NCBI RefSeq assembly: GCF_000143415.4
Contig: NW_003314477.1
Span: 9,815-43,717, forward strand
Length of the DNA: 33,903 bases
DNA from: Selaginella moellendorffii
Lineage: Eukaryota > Plantae > Lycopodiophyta
Direction of reading: 5' to 3'
Below are positions 1-11,211 of the stretch, one piece after another. The first letter of the stretch is position 1; each line of letters opens with the position of its first letter. Below the pieces are notes generated by a model. The model was not told where the DNA came from. It did no database searches and was given only the letters and a program-made list of their open reading frames with translations. The translations under genes were made by a program, and so were the position numbers.

Positions 1-21
1 AGTAAGAGAGGGAAAGAAAGT

Positions 22-330
22 TCCGCGGGCTTTTTTTGGGGCCCGCAACGCGTGATTTTTCACGAAAAGTCGGGGAGGTACCCCACATTTCGCGGGGCGC
101 GTTTTGGGGCCCACAACGCGCGATTTTTCGCGAGAATATGCAAGGGTACCACGTGTTCCGCGGGCTTTTTTTGGGGCCCAAAACACGCGATTTTTCACGA
201 AAAGTCGGGGAGGTACCCCACATTTTGCAGCGCGCGTTTTGGGCCCCAAAACGCGGTCTTCGTGAATTGTTGGGGAGGTACCACATGTCCCGCGGGCGTG
301 CTTTTTGGCGCCCAAAAAGAACACGGGATT
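22..330. repeat. IGS subrepeats upstream of 5S (~65 bp units, about 4-5 copies)
   Basis: Recurrent CGCGGGC-T(n)-GGGGCCC...CGCGATTTTTCACGAAAAGTCGGGGAGGTACCCCACATTT units. Confidence 0.8.
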
Positions 331-370
331 GTGGAGGTACGCTGCAGCTTTGGATCAAGCTGCCCCACAC

Positions 371-376
371 TATAAG
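371..376 (+). promoter_or_regulatory. TATA-like element about 30 nt upstream of the 5S gene
   Basis: TATAAG lies 31 nt upstream of the inferred 5S start. Plant 5S genes typically have a TATA-like motif near -30. Confidence 0.55.
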
Positions 377-401
377 AGTAGGGGGAGTGTGAAATATTTT
401 A

Positions 402-520
402 GAGTGGGTTCAAACCGTGACTATGGCACTGGATCCCATCAGACCTCCAAAGTTAAGCGTCCCTGGGCTTGAATAGTACTGGGCTGGGTGACCACCCGGG
501 AAGTCCAAGTGACCCCCTCT
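402..520 (+). rRNA. 5S rRNA gene (divergent), linked to 35S rDNA in the same orientation
   Basis: 119 nt containing GGATCCCATCAGA, A-box AGTTAAGCG, TAGTACTGGGCTGGGTGACC (IE/C-box) and GGGAAGTCC. Helix I GAGTGGGTT/GACCCCCTC pairs 8/9. A T-run follows. Confidence 0.88.
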
Positions 521-530
521 TTTTGTTTTA
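520..530 (+). terminator. Pol III oligo-T terminator of 5S
   Basis: TTTTTGTTTTA immediately after the 5S 3' end. Confidence 0.7.
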
Positions 531-810
531 TTCCTTACAAGTCATTTATTTTTGTAAGATCACTGTTTTAATATATAAACTTTGAGTATTTTTCCATAGC
601 ATATAAGTGTATGGTCCTTAAATACTACTTACAATTGTCAATGTAAGGTGTGTTTGCCAAATTGTGTCATTAGTTAGTTATTAACTAGGATATAAGTCAC
701 AAAGAATGTGTTGTGACTGTCACCACGTGGCATGGCAAGCAAGTCCAAACATATGTATTTCACATGGCATACAAGGATGCTAAACTCTAACTATGAGAAC
801 AAGCCAAAGG

Positions 811-1005
811 GCATGCCACGTGTCAATGTGACACACATTGAAAACCATAAAACTCACCAAAGCACATGCCACGTGTCAATGTGGCACACATTGAAAACCA
901 TAAAACTCTGAGCACAAACCAAAGTGCATGCCATGTGTCAATGTGGCACACATTGAAAACCATAAAACTCTATGAGATCAAACCAAAGGCCATGCCACGT
1001 GTCAA
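811..1005. repeat. IGS tandem repeat (~53-65 bp) with G-box
   Basis: CATGCCACGTGTCAATGTGGCACACATTGAAAACCATAAAACTC occurs three times plus a partial copy. Confidence 0.85.
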
Positions 1006-1015
1006 AATAAAACTC

Positions 1016-1268
1016 GGATATATCCAGGGCCAGACACATCTGGGGCCCGGCATATCGGGTGCCCGACATGTACGGGGCCCGACATATCGGGTGCCCGACA
1101 TGTCCGGGGCCCGATATGTCTGGGGCCGGATATATCGGGTGCCCGACATTTCCGGGGCCGGACATATCGGGGCCCGGACATGTCCGGGGCCGGACATATC
1201 GGGTGCCCGACATGTCCGGGGCCGGATATGTCCGGGGGCCCGACATATCGGGTGCCCGACATGTTCGG
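1016..1268. repeat. GC-rich quasi-palindromic IGS minisatellite, left part, interrupted by element A
   Basis: Units of ~16-17 bp such as GGGGCCCGACATATC and GGGTGCCCGACATGTCC. The array resumes at 9009. Confidence 0.9.
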
Positions 1269-1496
1269 TGTGAGACACAAAATCCCTAGGCCCCAAAGTG
1301 GAGCCGGAAGGGCGCCACGTGGTAGTGGCCGAAGCGAGAGCCAAACGAGCGTAACACGTTTGGACCAAAAGCTCCGACTTGAAAAGTCAAGAGCGGGAGT
1401 GGAACTCCCAACGAAGTGCTCGAGGAACGAGCACGAAGCGAGCAAAAGGCGAGGCTCCAAAAAGGGACCCAAAAGGACCAACACATGACACGTGGG

Positions 1497-2094
1497 AGAG
1501 TCCGAGATGGAGTCCGAGATGGAGTCCGAGGTGGACCCGAGATGGACCCGAAATGGAGTCCGAGATGGAGTCCGAGATGGACCCGAGATGGACCCGAGAT
1601 GGAGTCCGAGATGGAGTCCGAGGTGGACCCGAGATGGACCCGAGATGGAGTCCGAGATGGAGTCCGAGGTGGACCCGAGATGGACCCGAAATGGAGTCCG
1701 AGATGGAGTCCGAGATGGACCCGAGATGGACCCGAGATGGAGTCCGAGATGGAGTCCGAGGTGGACCCGAGATGGACCCGAAATGGAGTCCGAGATGGAG
1801 TCCGAGATGAACCCGAGATGGAGTCCGAGATGGAGTCCGAGATGGACCCGAGATGGACCCGAGATGGAGTCCGAGATGGAGTCCGAGATGGAGTCCGAGA
1901 TGGAGTCCGAGATGGAGTCCGAGATGGAGTCCGAAGTCGAGACCGAGACCGAGACCGGGACCGAGACCGAGACCGAGACCGAGATCGGGACCGAGACCGA
2001 GACCGAGGCCGAGGCCGAGACCGAGCCCGAGCCCGAGTCCGAGTCTGAATCCGAGTCCGAGTCCGAGTCCGAGTCCGAGTCCGAGTCCGAGTCC
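1497..2094. repeat. U3 tandem array in LTR A: 12-bp GAGTCCGAGATG/GACCCGAGATG units, then 6-bp GAGACC/GAGTCC units
   Basis: Directly visible. The same array occurs in the other A/B LTRs, and a degenerate version occurs in the C LTRs. Confidence 0.95.
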
Positions 2095-2105
2095 GGAGCC
2101 TGAGA

Positions 2106-2177
2106 GGGTGAAAGCCCAAAGCGTTCGTCTCCCAGACCCTGGGGGGTTTAGTGAGCCCCAAAAGTATAGTAGGGGGA
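2106..2177 (+). promoter_or_regulatory. Pol I promoter-like segment in LTR A (predicted +1 at 2171; copy in the 3' LTR with +1 at 8081)
   Basis: GGGTGAAAGCCCAAAG..GTCTCCCAG...CCAAAAGTATAGTAGGGGG matches 25397-25463 and the plant Pol I initiation consensus TATA(G)TAGGG. Confidence 0.75.
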
Positions 2178-3101
2178 GGACTGCAGTGGAGCCAGTTTGG
2201 CCAGGAAAGGCCAGTTTGGCCCAGGAAGGCCGGACCCAGTGTTGGGTGATGAGCTGCCCACTGGGAAGTCCAAGACTAGAGTGAACACGGACCGACAAGC
2301 GGGGTAGCTTGGTGAAGTGTTCAAGAGCCGGCTCTAGTTCCCCCGGGAGATCGACTGGCCGATGCTCCCAGTCCAAGTGTGGGTGGCACTACCTACTTGG
2401 ATACCTAGTGTGGCTCAACGGAACCCGCTCTAAGCCCATGGCTAGAGCACCTAAAGGCGAAAGGCGAGGAGAGTACCCAGGTGGCTCGCGTAAGGCCACG
2501 GTGTTCCGAAATGTTGTCCCAAAGGCCCAGACTGTGGAAAGGAAGAGGAGCAGTCCTCTGGGGTAGTGACCAAGGACACAGTTGTGTGGTGAGGAAGTCC
2601 CAGAGGACCGTGGGACTTAGTGGTCGGGCCTGTGGGTCTCGATCCAGTGGCAGTGTTGGCAAACACGGCCAGGGGCAGAAAGGGACTTAGTGGGGACTGA
2701 CAGAGGGATATTGGGGAGGGCTATTCCCCTTGTCGGTGGGCATCCTAAGGATGCTAAGGAGTGGATCTGAGATGCCCACTCACGGATGGTTTGCCTAGTC
2801 TTGGAGAGCCAAGACGGTGATGCAGGTGGTATTGGACTACCAGTGTGGCAAAGGTGATTGGGCATGGCCTTAGCGTAACGGGCTGCTATGTCGGTGGTAC
2901 CTTTGAGTGTCGGTCATGGGATCGGACACGTGGAGCACGTGGACCAAGTGCAAATGTTGAGTGGCATGGATGCCATTCTCGGGGCTAGCAAGTCCCAAGT
3001 CCTGGATTGGACTTATGGAGGTTGTGAATGAGACTCCTCCAAGTGGTCAGAGGTGTGGTTAAGTGACTAAAGTAGAATGGAAAATTTAGTCGCTTACAAC
3101 T

Positions 3102-3113
3102 TGGTATCGGAGC
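3102..3113 (+). other. Primer binding site (tRNA-iMet type) of element A
   Basis: TGGTATCGGAGC, 3 nt after the LTR end. The canonical iMet PBS is TGGTATCAGAGC. Confidence 0.9.
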
Positions 3114-5568
3114 TGTTCCTTAGTCCGACTTTTATTGGTGCTCAAGTATATCACCACTAGTGTTGGCATCGGAAGGTCCGAGGAGTGGGCCTATCCTTGA
3201 GGAGTAGCAAGTCGGGAAGACATGGCTCTCCATTATAGTTCATGTGTGAACTTGTAGACGAGGTGGTGGATAGAAAAGGGCCAATAATGGAACGACTTTG
3301 GGATCTTGGGAACAGTGCAAGGTTTTCCTCATTGAGTTGAGGATGTGATCCGGATGAGCATTTGTCTCAGCAAATTGGCTTAGGTTGTTGTGGTAAACAA
3401 CTAAAGTTGGGATCACGGGAAAGATAGAGACTCCAAAACAATAAAGGAGTCACAAGATTATCCTCATATAGTTGAGGTTGGTGCTCATGAATGTGAGACC
3501 AAAGGTAATGACCGTGGAAGGTCAAATACGGAAGAGGACTCAAGTCCTTGAAACAGTGGCCGGGGCTACCTCTAATAAATGCTGGAACAACCCAAGGAGT
3601 TGGGGGTGTATCAAGTGGATGAGTTGGTATTCTCATCACATGGACAAGTAGTCCTAAGGGGCAAAGGTTGCCCCCAGAGAACAAAATCAAGTGTCGGAGT
3701 AACACTTGTGAAAATAGTCCTTTTGAGTAGGACCGGAATGCAAGATGTGTATTCCAGTGAGCTAGTGCCTCACAAGTACGACCTTACGGGTCGGTGGATT
3801 AACCAAGTCCAAAACTGCTAGACGACTCAAGTAGAGTCCTAAAAAGGACTGAATGAAGCATTTGGACTGAGGTGCGTTGTACCCCACAAAGGATGGGGGG
3901 GGGATCATAGGATCCAAGGATGAGAACAGAGAGTATCTCATCGATGGCAAAATGTGCCATGCTAAAGTTATGGGAAAGGTGTTCCCAGAAGAAAACAACT
4001 TTGACATAAAGTTGTGTGTGACCTCTATGGGGCAGTGCTAACAGATGGTTGGCATGAGAAAGAGCGGTGTTGGTCTTGGCAAAGACTTAGACACGAAGGG
4101 AAATGTCATAGAGGTAGGCTCGTGGAGCCGATGGTGTGGAGACACCAAATGTGCCAAGGTGTGATACCTTGAGGCTATGTTGGTGGGTTCATGAGAACCC
4201 CTTGCCAAAGGAATCCCAGTGGGAATGGGAATGGCATAGCCTAAGCTGCAGAGCATGCAGTTGGAGTGTGGTGACCCAGATAATGATGGAGGTGTGAAAG
4301 CACCAAGCAATGAGTTGTAGGACTTGACAACTATGAGGCAACTAAGCAAGAGGTGCAAAATAACTGGTTAAACGGGTAGAAGGTAGCTACCCAAGACTTC
4401 TAGCATAGGGAAGTCGGATATACCCTTACGGGGGATAAGTTGCTTATGTTGCGATATAGTAAGTCAATGTCATAAAAGGAAATACTCATTGTCAAGAAAA
4501 CCATCATTGGGACACCCGAACACTCTAGAACACCAGAAGGTGGTGTTTGATGTCGCGAGGGCAATGGATAAAGCCCAAGGGACTACGTCCCTAGCGAATG
4601 ATGGATAGAAGGTGCTATCCAAATGTCCAAGGTTGCGGAGACAGGAGAGGACTGCCTACCCGAGTTGGACAAAGCCAAAAATGGAATTTTGGCAAGGCTA
4701 GTGATGGGCATGTAAAGGCCCATAAGCAACAATGTAATCCCAGTGTGTGGGATTATAAGGTGAGCATACCCGGATTGAGGAACCACTCCCTGGGCTATTG
4801 GGTAGGTTCATCCCTAGGAATACTTGCTAAGGCATGATAGAAAGTGCAAAGCTATCCTCCTGGTCTGGAGGAGAATAACCAAAGGAAACATATGGGGCCA
4901 AAAGGCAAGTAGTATTGGGATGGAACTGAACCATAGAAATCGAAGGGCATAACCAAGGTTGGTTATGCCAGCTGGGAGTGGAGAATCAAGTGGGGGCTCG
5001 AGGGTGTTGCCGCTAGCAACCGTGATGCCATGGAGAGTCTAAGTTATGGAATTGTCCATGTTAGACTATGTGGCATTTGGAAGGCTTGCAAAAAGGGAGG
5101 CCTTAGCAAGCTGAGGGACAGAGTTCCTTCAAGGTTCCCAAAGACGATTCTAGGTAGCTTAGTACCTAGAAAGGCCAAGTGTAAATGGTTCATGGAACGC
5201 GCAAAATCAGAGTGGCGCAGCAGAAGCGTGGTCTTGAAGCTTGCCATGAGGCAATGCTATCAAGGTTAGGGAAGTAGTTCCCGAGTGTTCAAAGAGAGGG
5301 CTTTGAACGAAAGTCGATGGTCAAGGACTTTCACGCTTATGCATGAACCATGTTACAGTGGTCGGAGGACTTGCCAAGCAAGACTGGCAAGTCGGGGGAA
5401 CAAATACCCTAGTTGAAGGTGATAACTTCGAAAAGGGTGGGCCATGGGGCCAAGCATGGAGGAGTCCATGCATGATCACAAACTTGTCAAGTGAGAGGAC
5501 TTGGCAATGTGGAGGAACTAGGTTCCTAAGCTGTGATCTGTAGCGCGCTTTAAAAATAAGTTGGTGCA

Positions 5569-5978
5569 CCGGCGTGGGGAGTCACGCCAGGCATCTTGTG
5601 TGATGCCGTCCGTAGATGCATATACGGAGGTTGGGTTCGAGTCCCGACCCTCTAGTGCTTGGGTTCGAGTCCCAAATCACTAGGGCGTGGTGATGGTTTG
5701 GAATATGGGGACACTCATATTTCGGTGGTCATGGACTCTCAGTGGGGAGACTGGTTTGGGCACACCGCCAAGCGAGGGATGCCTCGGAGTCGTGATGCAC
5801 GGTTAGATTGCTTAGTGTGGCTCAGCATATCTAACTTGAACACTTTGGTGCCAGTGGCACCAAGGACGTGGTGAATGAGATGGGGACACCCAGTCTCAGT
5901 TGCTATGGACCCTTAGCTGGAAGGGCTAGCTTGGGCGCACCGCCAAGTGTGGGGGATGCCCCCGGGGTCGTAGTTAAC
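5569..5978 (+). ncRNA. Conserved structured cis-RNA module in element A, with its 3' half duplicated
   Basis: Homologous to the 3' UTR of C (18518-18764, -). Stems covary and two GGGTTCGAGTCCC motifs are present. Confidence 0.6.
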
Positions 5979-7149
5979 AAGTTAAAGGTCTGGAAGACCT
6001 AGTACCTATTGGCAAACCTGTTAAGGTGCCGAGGTGAGATCACTAGGTGATCTTGTGGCTAAATAAGGACGCAGTCCTTGTTTGGGCTAAGGAATAATGT
6101 TCCTAGTTCAAAGTGTTGATTTGAACTATTGATGATGGTGTGGCTTGGTCAAGGTGACCAAGTGGGTAAAGCACCTTAGGGAAATGAGCTATGTCATTGC
6201 GATGGCATAGTGTGTCCAAGGAAAGTAGCCTCTAAAGAGACCCATGGGAGGGTCACAAAGTTGGGCTGTGGATAAAGCCCACAGCAGAAGATGCTAAAGA
6301 GACTTACTAGGGGTGAACACCCTAGTATTGGCAAAGCAGAGCCTTTGCTATGGAATAAAAAGAATACTTCAAGGAGGGAGGTAAAGATTTGGTGTTGCTT
6401 GGTGCAACAATCAACGGATAGGAGCAAAAGACGAGTGGCCAAGATAGGGCCGTGGAATCCCTTGGAAGGAATCCAAGTGGCAAAGTTAGGCGAGGAACAC
6501 TAATGTGTTGGACGCTAACAAATTGCGGGAAAGGAAGTGTGTTTCCAAGGATGGATTCCGAATTGCTCCGATTTGGCGAAAGTGGAAGCTCCAAGGGAGG
6601 GAGCGGTAAGGTAGCCAAATGATAGGGCCATGGACACCCCTAGCACAAAGTATGATAAATGGAACTTAGTGCCCAAGGTGGCACGAAATAGAAGAGAGGA
6701 TGATGGTGCCCTCAAGTAAAGAACTTCCTAAGATGGGGAAGTGGAGTTGCACAATCTGTGCAATCCAAGGTGTTGGAGACACCTAGGAAATTGACTTCCA
6801 AAAGTCAAAAGAGTAAAAGTTCCAAGGTGCAAACGTTCAATAGAGGGAAATTGAGACTACTCGAGAAGGAGTAGTGGGATTGACTTAGAGAAGGGTCTCT
6901 AAGAGGTTTAGCAAGAACTAAATCAATAAAAAGAGAGAACCACTGCATGTGGTCTAATCAGTCTCTAAGTTGGAGAGACTACCCTCCTTAGAGGATGGGC
7001 AAGGCATGGTGAGCCTTTGGTGTCAAACCATCGATGAGTATGGAGAAGGCATGGTGAGCCTTCAATGTCAAACCATTGACGAATATTGGCTAGGTGCCAA
7101 GGATGGAAATGGTAACGCATGCGGGTGTTACTTTATAAAATGGTTTACC

Positions 7150-7190
7150 GTTCGATGAGGACATCGAACTTCGTCTATGGGTGGTGGAGT
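7150..7190 (+). other. Pre-PPT hairpin and polypurine tract of element A
   Basis: GTTCGATG-AGGA-CATCGAAC, then TATGGGTGGTGGAGT abutting the 3' LTR. Conserved in B and C. Confidence 0.85.
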
Positions 7191-9008
7191 TGTGAGACAC
7201 AAAATCCCTAGGCCCCAAAGTGGAGCCGGAAGGGCGCCACGTGGTAGTGGCCGAAGCGAGAGCCAAACGAGCGTAACACGTTTGGACCAAAAGCTCCGAC
7301 TTGAAAAGTCAAGAGCGGGAGTGGAACTCCCAACGAAGTGCTCGAGGAACGAGCACGAAGCGAGCAAAAGGCGAGGCTCCAAAAAGGGACCCAAAAGGAC
7401 CAACACATGACACGTGGGAGAGTCCGAGATGGAGTCCGAGATGGAGTCCGAGGTGGACCCGAGATGGACCCGAAATGGAGTCCGAGATGGAGTCCGAGAT
7501 GGACCCGAGATGGACCCGAGATGGAGTCCGAGATGGAGTCCGAGGTGGACCCGAGATGGACCCGAGATGGAGTCCGAGATGGAGTCCGAGGTGGACCCGA
7601 GATGGACCCGAAATGGAGTCCGAGATGGAGTCCGAGATGGACCCGAGATGGACCCGAGATGGAGTCCGAGATGGAGTCCGAGGTGGACCCGAGATGGACC
7701 CGAAATGGAGTCCGAGATGGAGTCCAAGATGAACCCGAGATGGAGTCCGAGATGGAGTCCGAGATGGACCCGAGATGGACCCGAGATGGAGTCCGAGATG
7801 GAGTCCGAGATGGAGTCCGAGATGGAGTCCGAGATGGAGTCCGAAGTCGAGACCGAGACCGAGACCGGGACCAAGACCGAGACCGAGACCGAGATCGGGA
7901 CCGAGACCGAGACCGAGGCCGAGGCCGAGACCGAGCCCGAGCCCGAGTCCGAGTCTGAATCCGAGTCCGAGTCCGAGTCCGAGTCCGAGTCCGAGTCCGA
8001 GTCCGGAGCCTGAGAGGGTGAAAGCCCAAAGCGTTCGTCTCCCAGACCCTGGGGGGTTTAGTGAGCCCCAAAAGTATAGTAGGGGGAGGACTGCAGTGGA
8101 GCCAGTTTGGCCAGGAAAGGCCAGTTTGGCCCAGGAAGGCCGGACCCAGTGTTGGGTGATGAGCTGCCCACTGGGAAGTCCAAGACTAGAGTGAACACGG
8201 ACCGACAAGCGGGGTAGCTTGGTGAAGTGTTCAAGAGCCGGCTCTAGTTCCCCCGGGAGATCGACTGGCCGATGCTCCCAGTCCAAGTGTGGGTGGCACT
8301 ACCTACTTGGATACCTAGTGTGGCTCAACGGAACCCGCTCTAAGCCCATGGCTAGAGCACCTAAAGGCGAAAGGCGAGGAGAGTACCCAGGTGGCTCGCG
8401 TAAGGCCACGGTGTTCCGAAATGTTGTCCCAAAGGCCCAGACTGTGGAAAGGAAGAGGAGCAGTCCTCTGGGGTAGTGACCAAGGACACAGTTGTGTGGT
8501 GAGGAAGTCCCAGAGGACCGTGGGACTTAGTGGTCGGGCCTGTGGGTCTCGATCCAGTGGCAGTGTTGGCAAACACGGCCAGGGGCAGAAAGGGACTTAG
8601 TGGGGACTGACAGAGGGATATTGGGGAGGGCTATTCCCCTTGTCGGTGGGCATCCTAAGGATGCTAAGGAGTGGATCTGAGATGCCCACTCACGGATGGT
8701 TTGCCTAGTCTTGGAGAGCCAAGACGGTGATGCAGGTGGTATTGGACTACCAGTGTGGCAAAGGTGATTGGGCATGGCCTTAGCGTAACGGGCTGCTATG
8801 TCGGTGGTACCTTTGAGTGTCGGTCATGGGATCGGACACGTGGAGCACGTGGACCAAGTGCAAATGTTGAGTGGCATGGATGCCATTCTCGGGGCTAGCA
8901 AGTCCCAAGTCCTGGATTGGACTTATGGAGGTTGTGAATGAGACTCCTCCAAGTGGTCAGAGGTGTGGTTAAGTGACTAAAGTAGAATGGAAAATTTAGT
9001 CGCTTACA
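7191..9008 (+). repeat. 3' LTR of element A (1818 bp)
   Basis: Direct repeat of 1269-3098, followed by TSD TTCGG. Confidence 0.95.
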
Positions 9009-9258
9009 TTCGGGGCCGGAGATATCGGGGCCCGGACATGTCCGGGGCCCGATATATCTGGGGCCCGACATCTCTGGGGCCCGACATATCGGGTGCCCGA
9101 CATATCCGGGGCCCGACATGTCCGGGGCCGGATATGTCGGGGCCCGGATATGTCTGGGTGCCCGACATGTCCGGGGCCCGATATATCTGGGGCCGGACAT
9201 ATCGGGTGCCCGACATATCTGGGGCCCGACATGTCCGGGGCCCGACATATCCAGGGCC
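9009..9258. repeat. GC-rich IGS minisatellite, right part
   Basis: Continuation of the 1016-1268 array after the TSD. Confidence 0.9.
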
Positions 9259-9263
9259 TGAGG

Positions 9264-9870
9264 TATGCCACATGGCATACAAGTGCAGAAGAGGTACCTT
9301 CCAATGTCATGTCACGTGGCATGCAACCTCAAAGGTGCCACCTCTCCAAGGGTTTGTCACGTGACATGCAACCTCCAAGATGCCACCTTTCCAAGGGTTT
9401 GCCACGTGGCATCCATAGGTACCACCTCTCCAAGGGTTTGTCACGTGGCATGCAACCTCCAAGATGCCACCTTTCCAAGGGTTTGCCACGTGGCATCCAT
9501 AGGTACCACCTCTCCAAGGGTTTGTCACGTGGCATGCAACCTCCAAGATGCACCTTTCCAAGGGTTTGCCACGTGGCATCCATAGGTACCACCTCTCCAA
9601 GGGTTTGTCACGTGGCATGCAACCTCCAAGATGCCACCTCTCCAAGGGTTTGCCATGTGGCATCCATAGGTACCAACTCTCCAAGGGTTTACCACGTGGC
9701 ATGCAACCTCCAAGATGCCACCTTTCCAAGGGTTTGCCACGTGGCATGCTATAAGTACATAAAAGTATGCCACGTGGCATGCCACCTCATCCAAACCATC
9801 CGTCTGAATGCCACCTTCTAAAAGGTATAGCTCATGGCATATAAATTGCTCAAAATGTATGCCACGTGGC
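9264..9870. repeat. IGS G-box-rich subrepeat array (alternating ~39/44-bp units)
   Basis: CCAAGGGTTTGCCACGTGGCATCCATAGGTACCACCTCT alternates with CCAAGGGTTTGTCACGTGGCATGCAACCTCCAAGATGCCACCTTT. More than 10 CACGTG motifs. Confidence 0.9.
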
Positions 9871-9883
9871 AAACCCTACCCTA

Positions 9884-9901
9884 CCCTAAACCCTAAACCC
9901 T
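9884..9901 (+). repeat. Short plant telomere-like (telo-box) tract
   Basis: CCCTAAACCCTAAACCCT. Confidence 0.6.
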
Positions 9902-10059
9902 ACACTTGCACATGGCATAGTGTTGCGTTCCATACATTGAGCCCGTGTGCCATCTTTAGAGCACGTGGAATAACACGTGGCGATATAAGTTACTACGAAA
10001 AAAAACAACTCAAAAACATCCAACTTTAGCCGAAATATGAGTTGGCAACACTACATTTA

Positions 10060-11168
10060 TGTAAGTGACTAATTTTTCCATTCTACTTTAGTCACTTAAC
10101 CACACCTTCGACCACTTGGAGGAGTCTCACTCACAACCTCCTTAAGTCCAATTCAGGACTTGGACTTGCTAGCCCCAAGAATGGCATCCATGCCACTCAA
10201 CACTTGCACCTGGTCCAAGTGCTCCACGTGTCCGGTCCCAAGACCGACACCCAAAGGTACCACTGACATCTCGGCCCGTTACGCTAAGGCCATGCCCATT
10301 CACCTTTGCTGCACTAGTGGTCCAATATCACTTGCATCACCATCCCGTCTCTCCAAGACTGGGCCATCGGTCCACGAGTGGTCATCCTAGATCCACTCCT
10401 TAGCATCCTTAGGATGCCCACAGACCTGGGGAATCGCCTTCCCCAAAGTCCCTTTGTCAATTCCTACCAAGTCCCTTTTTGCCCCTAGCCGTGTTTGCCA
10501 ACACTGCCACTGGATCGAGGCCCACAGGCCCGACCACTAAGTCCCATGGTCCTCTGGGACTTCCCCACCACACGACTGTGTCCTTGGTCACTACCCCAGA
10601 GGACTGCTCCTCTTCCTTTCCACAGTCTAGGCCTTTGGGACAACATTTCGGAACACCGTGGCCTTACGCGAGCCACCTGGGTACTCTCCCCGCCTTTCGC
10701 CTTTAGGTGCTCTAGCCATGGGCTTAGAGCGAGGTTCCGTTGAGCCACACCTGGTATCCAAGTAGGTAGTGCCACCCACACTTGGACTGGGAGCATCGGC
10801 CAGTCGATCTCCCGGGGGAACTAGAGCTGGCTCTTGAACACTTCACCAAGCTACCCCGCTTGTCGGTCCGTGTTCACTCTAGTCTTGGACTTCCCAGTGG
10901 GCAGCTCATCACCCAACACTGGGTCTGGCCTTCCTGGGCCAAACTGGCCTTTCCTGGCCAAACTGGCTCCACTGCAGTCCTCCCCCTACTATACTTTTGG
11001 AGCTCACCAAACCCCCCAGGGTCTGGGAGACGAACGCTTTGGGCTTTCACCCTCTCAGGCTCCGGACTCGGACTCGGACTCGGACTCGGACTCGGACTCG
11101 GACTCGGACTCGGACTCGGGCTCGGTCTCAGACTCGGACTCGGGCTCGGGCTCGGTCTTGGCCTCGGC

Positions 11169-11211
<43 letters not shown>

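Larger units (their letters stand above)
1269..3098 (+). repeat. 5' LTR of element A (1830 bp)
   Basis: Runs TGTGAGACAC...GTCGCTTACA. Nearly identical to 7191-9008; by eye the differences are one 12-bp unit and two G>A changes at CpG. Confidence 0.95.
1269..9008 (+). mobile_element. Element A: non-autonomous (LARD-like) LTR retrotransposon, 7740 bp
   Basis: TG...CA LTRs at 1269-3098 and 7191-9008. TSD TTCGG at 1264-1268 and 9009-9013. PBS at 3102 and PPT at 7176-7190. The 4.1 kb interior has no long ORF. Confidence 0.95.

Noticed and set aside
866-1488. ORFs over the IGS minisatellites (also 8895-9872)
   Set aside because: Translations of short tandem repeats.
2245-2270. Hammerhead ribozyme (retrozyme) in the LTRs
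   Set aside because: GTGATGAG is not the CTGANGA core, and no correctly placed GAAA or stems were seen.
1286-2376. Long low-complexity ORFs (SPRW, ESEM, RD and LG repeats) in the LTRs, repeated at 7128-8286, 10782-11877 and 16589-17612
   Set aside because: They are open in all six frames because 6- and 12-bp tandem repeats lack stop codons. They are not proteins.
3367-7158. Short ORFs in the A/B interior
   Set aside because: All are at most ~110 aa, show no recognisable domains and occur on both strands. Sharing between A and B reflects recent common ancestry.
9264-9780. CRISPR-like appearance of regularly spaced palindromic repeats
   Set aside because: The intervening sequences are themselves repeated, there are no cas genes and the context is eukaryotic rDNA.
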